A stretch of DNA of 64,000 bases from Yuukianura sp. NJ FZ-2021 (Eukaryota). Positions 38,542 to 50,879 of the stretch are shown one piece after another. The stretch's first letter is position 1. Each line of letters begins with the position of its first letter. A program made the position numbers and the translations under genes. The DNA is taken from contig CM102289.1 of assembly GCA_046563655.1 (NCBI GenBank), positions 6,076,001-6,140,000 on the forward strand, read 5' to 3'. The notes under the pieces are model-generated. The model worked only from the letters and a program-made list of their open reading frames with translations, made no database searches and was not told where the DNA came from.

Positions 38542-40244
38542 TTAGCTCATTTGACTTAGCACAACAATGTAAGTGGAAATAACACTTAGACTGGCCAAAA
38601 GTGTTCCGCGTGTAATGGGAAAGAAGCCCCATGCATTAAAGCAAATTGGATTTGCAGAAAAGACGTTCAAGTGACCCATGATGGGGTTGAAGAAAGCGGG
38701 ATCCAATTTTTTCGCTTCAGAAATCATGAATTTTGCAATTCTTAAGTTGACTTCAATTCCTGCTGGATACACATCGCCAAGACATATTGTGAGCATGACT
38801 AGGCGAAGTGTAAAGACAAAAGCATTTCCACCAAATAAAATTGCATTTCTCCATTCAAAATCTTCCCAGTACTTGATTGGTAGAAATGATAGTGCGCAGA
38901 TCATCACGATGAGCTGCCCGAATTCGACAAGGAGCAGCGGTCCAGTGGCTCGGTTTACTTGGCTAACCAATTGCGACATTTCCTGGAATTCGTTCAGCAG
39001 AACCATCATTTTATTGGCGCATTGAGACTCCGGTACTGTTTCGTTGCGGTTTTGCTCGTGGTTCCAAGCGTCTCCGACTACATGGTTTATTTTTCTGGTT
39101 CCAAGTGCATCTACGGTCGGTACGGAGTTGTTACTGTACGATACCACGTCGGTACCGTTCGAAAGCTTCCCTGTAGCGCATATTTCCTGCAAAGAAGATC
39201 TCATGTTAAGTTCATCTACATTCTACGGCACGGTGCCAAACGGTTCGGTAAGGCACAAAGTTATGCATATTTGAAAAATACTTTGTCAGAAAAGGACAAG
39301 TTAGACAATGCAAATTTCCACGACTTTGAAATGTTTTAATTCAAGTTTGAAATTTTTAAAACGTTTTTTTTTTGAAAAGTGCTTACGCTTACTGGACTAC
39401 TTGGTTCCTGACAAAATACTTGTGCTTCCTCGTTTCTATCACGAGTTTCAAGGACGCCATTTACATTATTCAGTGTTGCCGTCATGGTTACTCCGATGAC
39501 ATATCCATAGAGACAAAGTGAACAGTCCATCATGGCGGATCCAATCCATTTCCAAAGCACAAACCATGTTTGACATGCCGAGTGAATCCAAATTTCCAAG
39601 TCGCTGAAGTTGTGCTTCATTGCCGCCCAATTTCGCATTCTTCCGCCATCCACTGGAGTTATGCTGGTAAAATTTGGATTTCTGTACATCTGAACGTAGT
39701 GAAGAACATAGGCGGGATACAGAGGCATTGCATAACTATGATATCCTACAGTTAAGGCTGAAGCGACTCCCAGTACAGCGTAGAACAGAAACATGTTCCG
39801 GGTGAAACGTTTGACATTTGGCGAGGTAAAGACTTGACCACAGTCGCGTTCCACGGATCTCCAGTCCTTGGTGTATAAGTCAATCATGGACTGCGGACAA
39901 GTCAATAGTGTAAGTGACACCAAATAGCTCATGATTGACCCTTGGAACCAGAGAGACTGACCTATGAGCTCAACAATGCTAAGGCCACTCCAGATAGAGA
40001 TGGCCATCGAGATTAAATGAAATAAGAGGTATGCAGTAGCGAGGCAAAAAATTAAAACCGAACGAAAGTAGTTGACGGAGCATTTTTTCTGGTAAAGTCC
40101 GTTATCCGGATCGTCCTCGTTCAATTCAAGTGGAAAAACACCGAACCACTGGCCGATTCGAAAGAGCGGTTTTAATAAAATGACCATTTCGGCTCTTGGC
40201 ACTACTTTTTCACTGGTGTACATTTTGGAACTTGAAACTCTCAT
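38542..40244 (-). CDS. Gustatory receptor (7tm_7 family), two exons
   Basis: N-terminal LKPLFRIGQWFGVFP, multiple TM segments, and C-terminal GR signature FNAWGFFPITRGTLLASLSVISTYIVVLSQ. One intron at about 39281-39392. The start ATG is uncertain (40244 or 40223). Confidence 0.88.
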
Positions 40245-42002
40245 TTCACTTTCACACTGAAGACTGAACTTTATCCTCCTAGTGATGCGGAAAAAGTACT
40301 GAGAGAAAGTTTTGCCCAAAACACGCCCTTTTGCTTCTTCTAGTTTTTCATTTGGGGCGATTATACCAATTGTCAAAACGTCAATTATTTTCAGACGTGT
40401 CCCACCCAAATGCAAAATTTAGAAATTAATCTAAAGACAAGTTCAGTACGGAGTACTAAAACTGAATTTCATTAGTGTCAAAAAAGAGTAAAGGGGAAGG
40501 ATTTTACAACACCCTAGTGGATATTTGACGACCATTTTCTCATTCTAATAGGTAATTCGATTTTCTTTTCATTTCCGTGACTTGTACTACTATTTCATTG
40601 ATGAAATGAGAGTAGAATGGCAGGCGGAACCCTAAATTGACCATAACGTCAAAACTGATCAAAAGTAAGCAATTATTCTAATTGCCATTTTTCACAACTA
40701 CAATGATTCAAGTTAACTGTTATTGTACTTGACAAAAAAAAATGAGCAGATTAATTTCTCAAGTCTTTTTCTTTTACAAAACTAATCCGGAATCTAAACG
40801 CAATTCTCAATGTTAAATTGTTCCAGGCCACCGAGAATTTTGTCCAATTTTCATAATCCGACTCCAAGTCTTGTTTAATCACTTAATATTGTTACTAATG
40901 TTAACGTAGTATGCCAATACTCTTCGTGTCCTGGCTGCAAGAAATCAAACAAGCCATGATTTCCTTCCAGAAATTGTGCCCTTGTGCAAACACGTTTTCG
41001 TTGATGCATGCATGTTTTTTTTTTTGCATGAAAGCCAAAATTCGATTGCTAGGTATTTAAAAAATAACTGCTGTGTATAGGCGGCTACATAACTACTCAA
41101 CTAATTAAGCTAAAAGATGCGTTTAGTACAGAGTAATAAAGTTATATCCCATTAGTGTCAAAACTGAACAAAAGCGGATGGATTTTGCAACAAATCGAAT
41201 TAGTTCGATTTTATTTTCATTTTCATTGTTTCTTAAATGAGGATTTGAAAATAATCAGGAAACTATAGCTAGATCGATCATAGTTTCGAAACTTATCAAA
41301 AATTCGAGAAAACAATTCCTATAATTGCAATTTCCCTGAGCTCGAATTCCGAAGGCTAATTTTTAAGCATGTTAGCCATGAATTATTAGCTAAGAAACAA
41401 ATAGAACAAAAAAAGCCAAGCGCGTCGTTAGTCCTAAAATAAAAAAACAAAGTTTAATTGAAGAAAAACAAGGTTCAATTGCATTGCAGGAGAAATCAGT
41501 TTTTTCCTGCAATTAACTTTTTCTGCAATAAACGTTTCGCCAATTAAAAAAAGTTCTCGTGCATTGTTTTAATTGGTGAAAAATGCTGTTTTAATGCGCA
41601 AAACATTTTTTAACACGCGAAAATTTAAAATAATTTAGCCACCATAATGCCTCCATAACAAACCGGTTTTTATTGACTTGAATGTTCGTTCCAAGGAATT
41701 TAATATAAATGCATCCGAATTGGAACTTTATTCTCGTTAAAGCAACAGCGTTTAATTCATTTTGCCAACATACTCATGAATTTGACTCTCAGAATACTGA
41801 CTTCGAGAATCAGACTTTCGTTGTAATTTGATTTTCGTTGTAATTCGCCTCGGACAAATTCAACTTTTGTAGTAATTTGTTCGATGAAATGGCGTGGGCC
41901 CTATTTTAAAAACAACGAACATCGAATTTATTCGTTAACGCTGAAAAAAGTGGTATTTAATTAAGTATATGTTTGGTTTGTCTGCTTTTTTTAGAAACCA
42001 TA

Positions 42003-43115
42003 ATGAAACTGGCACAGGTCACGCAGAAGACACTGGAGTTTAATTTTGGAACATATTGTGATCCTGTATCTGGAGAGGCAGTTCATGTCACCGGAGAATT
42101 TCCAGTAATTACATCTCACCTGAAAAGACATTTGTATCTGAAGATTTGAAATCCAGTTTCCAGTCGGAAGTTCCTACAAATTTGGGTAGAACAATTTTTT
42201 GAAACGACTTTAAATCCCAAATATGTTGAAGAAATTGTCAATACGGCTACAATATTTGTAGCCATCACGTATCCAATTCAACCCATCGACAGCCCAAAAT
42301 TCAATTTATGTCTTCAGTGGTTCGTGTTCCTATGGATCATGGATGACATTCTGGAGTCATGTGTCAGTGACAAAATCATTTCTGAAGAAGTGTATACCAA
42401 CGGTGCGAAATATCTGCTAGGAATACTCGCCAGATCTACAACAAGCTTTGACAAACAAAAAGTAGAAAATTTTCCTTCGTTTCATGGTTTGTTCAACGCT
42501 TTCTCCGACATTGTCAAAAACCTTGAAATATTTGACACTACCGACGGAACCAAATCGAAACAATTTTACTCGTTTCTAAACGAGTATTTTGAAACTCTTT
42601 CTCGCCGGAATAAAATAGATGGCGCTCTGTCAGAAGAAACGTTTCGGAAATGGCGAGGAACCTCATCGTTTTTTATGGGAAGTGTAGAATTCTACTGGAT
42701 CTTGGAAAGTGAAAATGGGCTACCTTCTGAAATTTTGGAGTCACCCACATTGATTTCCATTTGGTCTGTTCTTGATTCTATGGCGGCATGTACAAATGAT
42801 TTGCTGGGTATCGTCACTGACTTCCTGGGTGTCAACAAACAAGCTAAAAATTACGAAATTGACAATTTAGTTGTTTTCAAAGTTGTTCAAAAAGGGATTC
42901 GATTTTGTGATGCCGTTACTCAAGTTTGTAATTTAATTAAGAACGATGTTTCTGAATATTTGAAGTTGCGGGACAACGTTTTGGAAGAATTTTCAAATTG
43001 TTCAGAACTTGCAAGGTACATTGACCTGATTGAGGCAGTCATACATGGGCACTGCCGATCCTACATGTACATACCACGATATCAAGCTATTGGTTATGTA
43101 AAACTTGTAGACTAA
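42003..43115 (+). pseudogene. Microbial-type class I terpene synthase, copy 1 (intronless; in-frame TGA at 42147-42149 inside a short frameshifted patch, so either a pseudogene or an assembly error)
   Basis: ATG at 42003 is in frame with ORF 42324-43115. Motifs WIMDDILE (DDxxE), CTNDLLGIVTD (NSE-like) and C-terminal RY. Collinear with copy 2 (DPVSGE..GEFPVITS vs DPISGE..GEFPVITS). Confidence 0.75.
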
Positions 43116-43748
43116 TTTTGAATTTGGGAAACTAAGGAAGATTATTACTCAATGATTTAAATGTACGAGTTATAAAATTAATTAAATTTTTGAATTATTA
43201 CGGAATGCTTTTGATAGGATTTACTGGTACTAATGTAAACTTCGGTGGCTTCGGTTAAAGCCGAACTGAAATGTTGCAAGGACACAACCAATATGCAAAA
43301 ATTGTTTAAAAAAATCATTTTGTTGCTGAATGTTGTTTCTTCGTATCCTCGGTTTTGACGACACTTCCTTAATAAAATTCTGTAAATTTTTACTCTCCTT
43401 CCAGTAATTCTTTTGCCATTTACATACCTGTCTGTATTCCTGTTTTTATTCAAAACTGCTTTTAACAATTTAGTAAGGCAATGCATCGGAATTGAGAATT
43501 CATTCTCACTAAAAAGCAACAACTTTTCATTCATTTTACCAACTACCAAGCAATTATTGCTACACGCGAGAAAAAAAACATAACGTTTTTATGGTATTTA
43601 AGTCTTTATTAAGCTTAGGCCAATAGTTAGTACAACAATTGACATCTTCGCTTTTAAATCAAAACCAACATAATAGATACAATAGGAGAATTTAGATTCA
43701 ATTGAAAGTTTTTTAAATACGAAGTTTGTGTTCAATTTTTTTAGAAGT

Positions 43749-44888
43749 ATGGTTACAAAACTTAAAAAACTAAAAGTGCATTACGGAAGTTCAATGCGTA
43801 CTATCTCAAATACCACACAAGGAAGAACGCAGTTTGATTTTGACGAAATTCGTGATCCCATATCTGGTGAATTTATTCAAGTAAAAGGAGAGTTTCCTGT
43901 AATTACATCACGGTTTCAAAAAGGCTTCGCGTCTGAAAAACTGGAACATGTCCAAAAAGATCTCAGAATTTGGCTTCAACAATTTTATGATACCAGTTCA
44001 AATCCAAATTTTTTTGAAGGTATTGTTCAAACAGCTACGCAGTTTATAGCTATCACATATCCACTTCAACCAATTGGCAGCCCCAAGTACAATGTGGCTA
44101 TGAAATTTGTTGCCTTCCTCTGGATCATCGACGACACTCTGGAGTCATGCGTCACAAACAAAACTATTTCGGAACAAATTTTAGTCAACGCTGCGACCTA
44201 TCTGCTAGGAGTACTTTCAAAAACAGTAACAACTTTTGATCCACAAAAAGTAGAAGCCTTCCCGCATTTTCAAGGCCTGTTCAATTCACTTTTGAATTTC
44301 GTTCACATTTTTGAAGAAATGGATCCCACCTACGAACAGAAATCAAAACGATTTTACTCGTTCGTCGAAGACTACTTTCAAACATTTCAATTTTGCTTCA
44401 AGCATAATATGGATGGCACTATGTCAGAAGAAGCGTTTCGGTTATGGCGCAGAATTATTGCGTTTTATGGCGGAGGTTTGGAGTTGTACTGGATCCTGGA
44501 AAGTGACAATGGCCTTCCATCTAAAATTTTGAAATCTCCCGCTTTTACACAAATTTGGCCTCTCCTTGACTCCATTGGGGCTTGTACCAATGACTTACTG
44601 GGCATGAAAAAAGATTTTGGAAATAATGAATTTGATAGTTTACTTGTATTCAAAGTGGTTCAAAAAAGAATTCCGTTTTATGATGCCGTTGCACAAATGT
44701 GTGAAATAATGAAAGACGACATGACGAAATACTTGAAGTGGCGGGAAAACGTTTTGCAAATTTTTTCAAACTGTACGGAGCTGGTCAGGTACATAGACCT
44801 AATAGAAGCTGCTATGCATGGGCACTGCCGTATGTACATGCACATGAAACGATATAATGTTGTTGGTTCTGTAAAAATAGTAGACTAG
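43749..44888 (+). CDS. Microbial-type class I terpene synthase (terpene cyclase), copy 2, intronless
   Basis: About 380-aa single-exon ORF with WIIDDTLE (DDxxE), WRR (candidate pyrophosphate-sensor Arg), CTNDLLGMKKD (NSE-like) and KRY near the C-terminus. Motif spacing is typical of bacterial/fungal alpha-domain-only terpene cyclases. Start ATG is 43749 or 43794. Confidence 0.85.
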   Translation: MVTKLKKLKVHYGSSMRTISNTTQGRTQFDFDEIRDPISGEFIQVKGEFPVITSRFQKGFASEKLEHVQKDLRIWLQQFYDTSSNPNFFEGIVQTATQFIAITYPLQPIGSPKYNVAMKFVAFLWIIDDTLESCVTNKTISEQILVNAATYLLGVLSKTVTTFDPQKVEAFPHFQGLFNSLLNFVHIFEEMDPTYEQKSKRFYSFVEDYFQTFQFCFKHNMDGTMSEEAFRLWRRIIAFYGGGLELYWILESDNGLPSKILKSPAFTQIWPLLDSIGACTNDLLGMKKDFGNNEFDSLLVFKVVQKRIPFYDAVAQMCEIMKDDMTKYLKWRENVLQIFSNCTELVRYIDLIEAAMHGHCRMYMHMKRYNVVGSVKIVD

Positions 44889-46083
44889 AGATACTTTATA
44901 TTTTATAAATCAATATAGTACGCACTTTGTCCAATTCAAATTTCAATAATTTTCGTTAATGGTTAATGATTTATTCTTTAGTTAAGCAAAACTTTTTCAA
45001 TTAAATAACAACGAATTATTTCTCTAATTAAATACAATTTATTCGATTTTTTCTCCTTTCAAAATCTCTTCCTGTTCTTATCACTCAAGGAAAAGTTTTG
45101 GTGACTTTGTCATTGCGGAGTGAACTAAAGCTCAATCCGTTGCACACACGCAGTGTAACTTGCACCGTGCTTTCCTTAACCAGCCGATAACAATCCTGTG
45201 GTGGTGACAAGATTAGAAAATTTCCATTATGATGTCATTGGCGCCGCCTACTACATTCATTCAGCGGATACTAAACTAAAAAGAGTGGTGGTTACATTTC
45301 TAGGGTACACGGGTACACCGGTTACAAGAGTTTCGTTTGTCATTCTGTTAGGACGGCGCCGGATTGACTAGTTTATAATATAGACGCGATCAATGTTGTT
45401 AGAAATTCTACAACAGGTTAGGTTGATCCTTCGAAAATCCTTGGATGCGATAGTGACAATATCTGAGATACTTTGTATGGATAAAGGTATTCAAGGGTAA
45501 TGAAATTTATGGCGTAACTTTGTTTTGAAAGTTTTTCAATAAAACAATAGCGACTGATTACTCTATCTGTCAAGCCATCATTTATTTTTTTTCAAAATTC
45601 TTTGCAAAAGTTGAAGTTGCATGAGATCATTTTGGGAAACCTTGCAATTCTATTGGCGTTCTTCATTAATCTGATCGCATTAACGAGGGCAGGGTATTTA
45701 ATTGTTTGCAACTATTAAATTGCTAATTTTGCTTTGGTTTATGCAATTCATTTCACAGATTTTTCCGGTTCGATACGCGTTCTAATATGCTTGTCGTCTA
45801 AAGCTCAAACCGTTTAATTGTTGAAGTAAGAAGCATAATTAATTACCAACAGCCTATGAACTGGCCTTAGTTTGGCGATTTGATTTTAGATAACGATTAT
45901 TTGGGTAAAGTCTAATCAAGGGCTTTATTTTATCAGTATTGACAAATTCTAACACAATTTGAGCTAGGAGCTGAATCTGCATTTAAAGTCTTTATTAAAT
46001 TTCCAATTCAATTCGAGTTTCCAATTTTAAGTCAAAGCCTTCAATTCTCGCTGCACAAGTAAAGTTACTCTCAGCAAAGGAAA

Positions 46084-48249
46084 ATGATTTTTGAGCTTTG
46101 TGGAATTTTTGTTTTGGCGTACTTGGCTTGGTTCTACTTTGAAAATTATGGAAATGTGGACAAAAGACAACCACCAGGTTAGTGTATTAGTGTAATTATT
46201 AATTACTTTGTAATTAAGAATTGGCCAAAGACTGTTTTACCAAAACATTTTATAATTTTAGGACCAATACGAATTCCACCATTTGGAAATTTAATACAAA
46301 TTGGACTCACGGATCGCGTAACACATATGGCTCTGCAAAAAATGGCCAAACATTATGGCGATGTAATGAGCATCAAAATGGGACTCCTCGAGACCGGTAT
46401 AGCTTCAGATTTTTACATACTTAAAAAAATTATTGATTAATAGTATTTGGTTGCAATTAACTAAACTTATTCTTTTTAATTAGTTATACTTTCTTCCTAC
46501 GAAGCAGTTAAGCAAGTGTTGAGTAAAGAAGAAGCCGCTGGGCGGGACTGTACAGGATTTATTCTGGACAGAAATCTACATAATCCCAGAAATGGCAAGT
46601 TCTAGCGTTGTAGTTTAGTTGAATTAATATGAACGTTGTAACAAAATATTATAAAAAGCTAATCACTTCTTGTCTTAGGTCTAGTATTTTCTGATGGACT
46701 TGTTAATGACACTACCCGAAAATTTTGTTCCGATACGCTTAGAATGTATGGCTACCGAAACCGCCAAACAGTTCAAAATATGTTATTGGATGAACTGACG
46801 GACTTTGTACATTTGATTGAAGACGAAGCCAAGAGCAACGCAGAACATCGCGTACATTTCGGCTCGTACTACTTTAATCCCGCCTTCTTGAACATCATGA
46901 GCACCTTGGTTATGGGAAAACGCTTTAAATATAGTGACCCAAAGTTTCAAAAACTGTTAAAGCATGAAGACGAATTTATGAGTTCTGGGCTTTTGGGTTC
47001 TGGACTCATCACGGCATACCCATTTCTCAGACACATTTTCCCAAAACTTCTTAGTTACGATGTTCAGATGAGTGGAATGAAAGGATTTCATGAAGTTGCA
47101 ACGGTAAAACTGACATTATTACAATTTCGACGCTTGATTTTCAAATTCTCATGCAGAAAAAAATTTTGTTGATGCGGTTTTAGGAAATTTTACAAGAGAA
47201 GAAGAAAGGAAAGTACGACACGAATCCAACTTGTTTTACCGACGACTTTCTACAAAAGATGGACGTAGCGAGTACATTAAAACCGGAAGCAATATTTACA
47301 GGTTTCTAATGCATTTCTTATAATTGATATATATATATGTTGTTACTATACATTTTTTCGTGCTTTCTATTCCAGAGGATCAATTCAAAGTTTTATTTTG
47401 TGACCTCATTCAACCTGGAACAGATACGTCAAACAACGTTTTCAATTTCATTCTGCTGCACCTCACTTCTAATCAAGAGATTCAACAGAAAGTTTACGAC
47501 GAAATCATGAATGTTGTTGGTCCTTATCGAATTGCCAATCTCGATGATAAGGCATCGTACGTTTTTAATTGGAAATTTTAAAAACAAAGGTTTAAACCTA
47601 ACCGCGCGCGAAATTTAAACTTAAATTCGTGAATTACAGTATGCCGTATACAACTGCTGTTACTCTAGAAGGGCTCCGTTGGAATCGAGTAGTTGTTTTA
47701 GGTGCACCACGGAAGGTCTTGAAAGATTTTACCTACAAGAATTTCAAGATTAAGAAGGCAAGAAAACTGACTTTTTATTTCATTATTTTGAATAGAGTTT
47801 TTAAACAATTTTCATTATGAGACTATAATTTTTTTGAAATTTCAGGGCACGGTGCTTCTGTATAATATGCAGAGCGTGTTTTTTGACAAAGAGTTTTGGG
47901 GAGATCCAGAAGTGTTTCGGCCAGAACGATTTTTAGATGAAGAGGGAAAATTTATTACTAAAAAAGTCGATTGTGCTCAATTAGCATTTGGAGCAGGTTG
48001 AAAACATTTACACTTTTGTCTAATGTTGTTTTTTTTTATTAATACCAACTGTATTTTCTGTTAGGAAAACGAAGTTGTTTTGGTGAAACCATGGGCCGTG
48101 ACAGTTTGTTCATATTCACTACGTATCTGATTCAGAAATTCAAATTCACACTCCCGCCAGGACCGAAACCAAATTTGCAACCCAAAGTTTGTTTGAATTT
48201 GTGTCCATATCCTTACGACGCCATTGTCACGCCCAGGAAACCCTCGTGA
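46084..48249 (+). CDS. Cytochrome P450 A (clan 2-like, CYP15/303/305-type), multi-exon
   Basis: N-terminal membrane anchor + PPGP, I-helix QPGTDTS, K-helix EGLR, WGDPEVFRPERF, heme motif FGAGKRSCFG. Stop at 48247-48249. Confidence 0.93.
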
Positions 48250-48783
48250 GTTGGATTTTGTAGATTTTACGAAAATATGATTGTAATAAAACTAAACAAA
48301 ATAAACTCAAATAGAATTTTGTTCTTATCAAACTCTACCACACAATTGAATTGAGTTGAGGTCAACAATGGTTTCATACCCGACTCGAATTGTAGCGAAT
48401 TTTTTTGACAGGGATCTATTTCTTCGTAAAACTCGGTCCGTTTTTATAAGCGAAAGTCAGCTTATATTTATTTTACGATTGACAATACAACCGATTCACG
48501 ATTTAATATGCATCACTATACACAGCGTATTCACTATCTTACATAATTCAAAAATTCAAAACGCTACCGCCAGGAGCATGAGCCGACGCTGCAGCCAAAA
48601 ATCGCGATGAATTTTTGTGTGCATCTCTACGACGCTATTGTGATTGTGACCTGACATTGTACATGTAATGTAAGTTTTTTCTGCTTCAAAGCTTTTATAC
48701 ATAAAAATGAGCTAAAATTCGGAAAGCTGCAGCAGATATTACTGTAAGTAGTGTATGTGATAATTCAAGTATAACGTTTTGAA

Positions 48784-50071
48784 TTAACAGTAATTATTAT
48801 TGTTAAACGTTTCAGATCTTATCACGTCAACCTTGAAAATGGATTTTTGTAAACGGTTTTTCACTTCCGTCGGAATAAGGGCTCTACAAAACACACAAAC
48901 AAAAGTGATTAAAAACATTTTAAAATGAGAAAAGTAAAAGTATTATTGTAAACTAAATTTACTGGAAAAGCGGAAGTGCTGCTGCCATCTTGGGAATAAA
49001 TAAATGCTCCACATTTTGGCGAATGCCTTTAACGATTTCCGCTCCTGCAAATTCCGGTGTCACGACAGGCAAACTTGATGCAAATCTGTATCAAGTTTAA
49101 ACTCAAATTTTTAGTGTTTCAAAAAATTTGATTTTTGCAAGTTTTCACCATTGGGCATGCGCAGTAGACTTACTTTGACTTCAGAGTCACTCCGTTCATA
49201 ACTCTCGTGCTGACCAAGCATGGATAAACAGTTGTAAAACGGATGTTAGATGTGTCAAATGGACTGGCTTCCAACTCTTGTTTAAGTGCTTCAATGAAAC
49301 CGTAATTAGCATGTTTACAAGCCGTGTAAGTTGTAAGTTCTCTGGCGGGAAAGAATGAAGCAATGGATGCAACAGTCACGATGTGACCATGGTTCTTTTC
49401 TACCATTCCCGTCAAAAATTCACGCAGAATTTGAAAATGAGAGAGGACGTTGACTCTAAGCATTTTCTCCTCTACTTCCGACCTCATTTGAAGAAAGTTT
49501 CCGTTGGGAATAATTCCGGCATTGTTCACTACCATCGTCACTTCCCCTACTTCCTTCCGAACCTAGTTTTTGAAAAAAGAAATCACAAAAAATGCTAAGT
49601 TTTTCAAAATTTTGATTTTTTTTGTACTTTCGAGGATGCTTCTTTAATAGCCGCCATATCCGAAATATCCACTGTGTAATTGTAAGCCTTCGTTCCGGAG
49701 TTACATAATTCAGTGACTAATGTTGAATTTGCTTCTGAATCAATATCCCAGCAAACAAGTTTTGCTCCAAGATTTCCCAAATTTAGTGCAATTTGTCTTC
49801 CAATCCCATTTCCAGCTCCTGTTATCTGTAAATTCAAAATATTAAATTTTCTTTGATTTTTTTAAAATTTAAAGGTGTCAAATTCTAGAAAGTGAAATAC
49901 ACTTACAAGAATTACTTCTCCTCTGAGGCATTTCAGTTCCGGAGGAATGAAAAATTGAAAAATCTTTTTTACAATTACAAATGTCCAAATTAAATTCACT
50001 ATTGTGATTTCCCACAAGTATTCACATCCTTGTTTCAAATTTTTAAGAACAACCACGCTTAGGTCATCCAT
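48784..50071 (-). CDS. Short-chain dehydrogenase/reductase (SDR16C / 17-beta-HSD11/13 / retinol dehydrogenase-like)
   Basis: N-terminal hydrophobic anchor, TGAGNGIG Rossmann motif, NNAG, GHIVTVAS, YTACK (YxxxK). Five exons to TAA at 48786-48784. Confidence 0.92.
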
Positions 50072-50879
50072 TTTGAGTTTAATTCAAGAATTAACTTTAA
50101 AGTTTAGGGTACAATTAGAACGCACTCACAAATTAAAATTTGAAACAACAAGCAAATCTTTATTGAAGCTAAACTTCAGAATGAAAGTTAAGGAATGAAA
50201 CAGAACTTTACAAATGTAGTCTTACTTTTTCTACTGAAAAAAAAAGACAATGCAAGAATGCAACACAGATGAAGGAAAAAACACTGTTATTTACATCCGT
50301 TGATCGTACACATTCTCATGCTTTTAGAATTATCATTAAAACTTAACGCTGCGTCTAATTAGCCAAAGAGGGAAAATGAGACACATTTGAAAAAAAAAAT
50401 ATATGCAAAAAAAATTCCACTCATGCGGTAAAACTAATACAAAAGCCATGAATTATTTGTTATTTTCAAAGTTTTCTTGGAAAGTGACTTGGGAAACCTT
50501 CATTTACTAAAATAGTGGTTTTCCGTAAAAATCCCTATGTAGATAATACAAGACAGACGCCAAGTGTGTTTTTGTGGGGGCAGTTTTGTTGACCAACCAG
50601 TTTGTAGCTTGATGAGGAGGATTTTTTTCAGCATAATAAATACAAAATCAAGCCCTAACATAACACAACCCTATATTAAGTAAATAAATTTTGACCTTGT
50701 AATGTCAGCGGCTTTTTTGATTCTGGGAAGGTTAATTTCTGATCAGCTTGTTAAACTTCTTCGTAAGTTCAGTTTAGGATCCGCAACAACTTCCAGTTTA
50801 TTAATTGCTTTCAAGAAGATTTAACCTCAAAAGTGAACAAAACGTCAATTCATCCAGTACAAAAAATTTAAAAAGTAAA

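Noticed and set aside
43178..43549. 123-aa minus-strand ORF between the two TPS genes
   Set aside because: AT-rich Lys/Asn/Ile-biased sequence with no motif. Likely spurious.
42003..44888. Bacterial contamination or an FPP/GGPP synthase identity for the intronless ORFs
   Set aside because: Composition resembles the flanks, there is no operon-like context, and they adjoin spliced arthropod genes. The second motif is NSE-type with a terminal RY rather than a second DDxxD.
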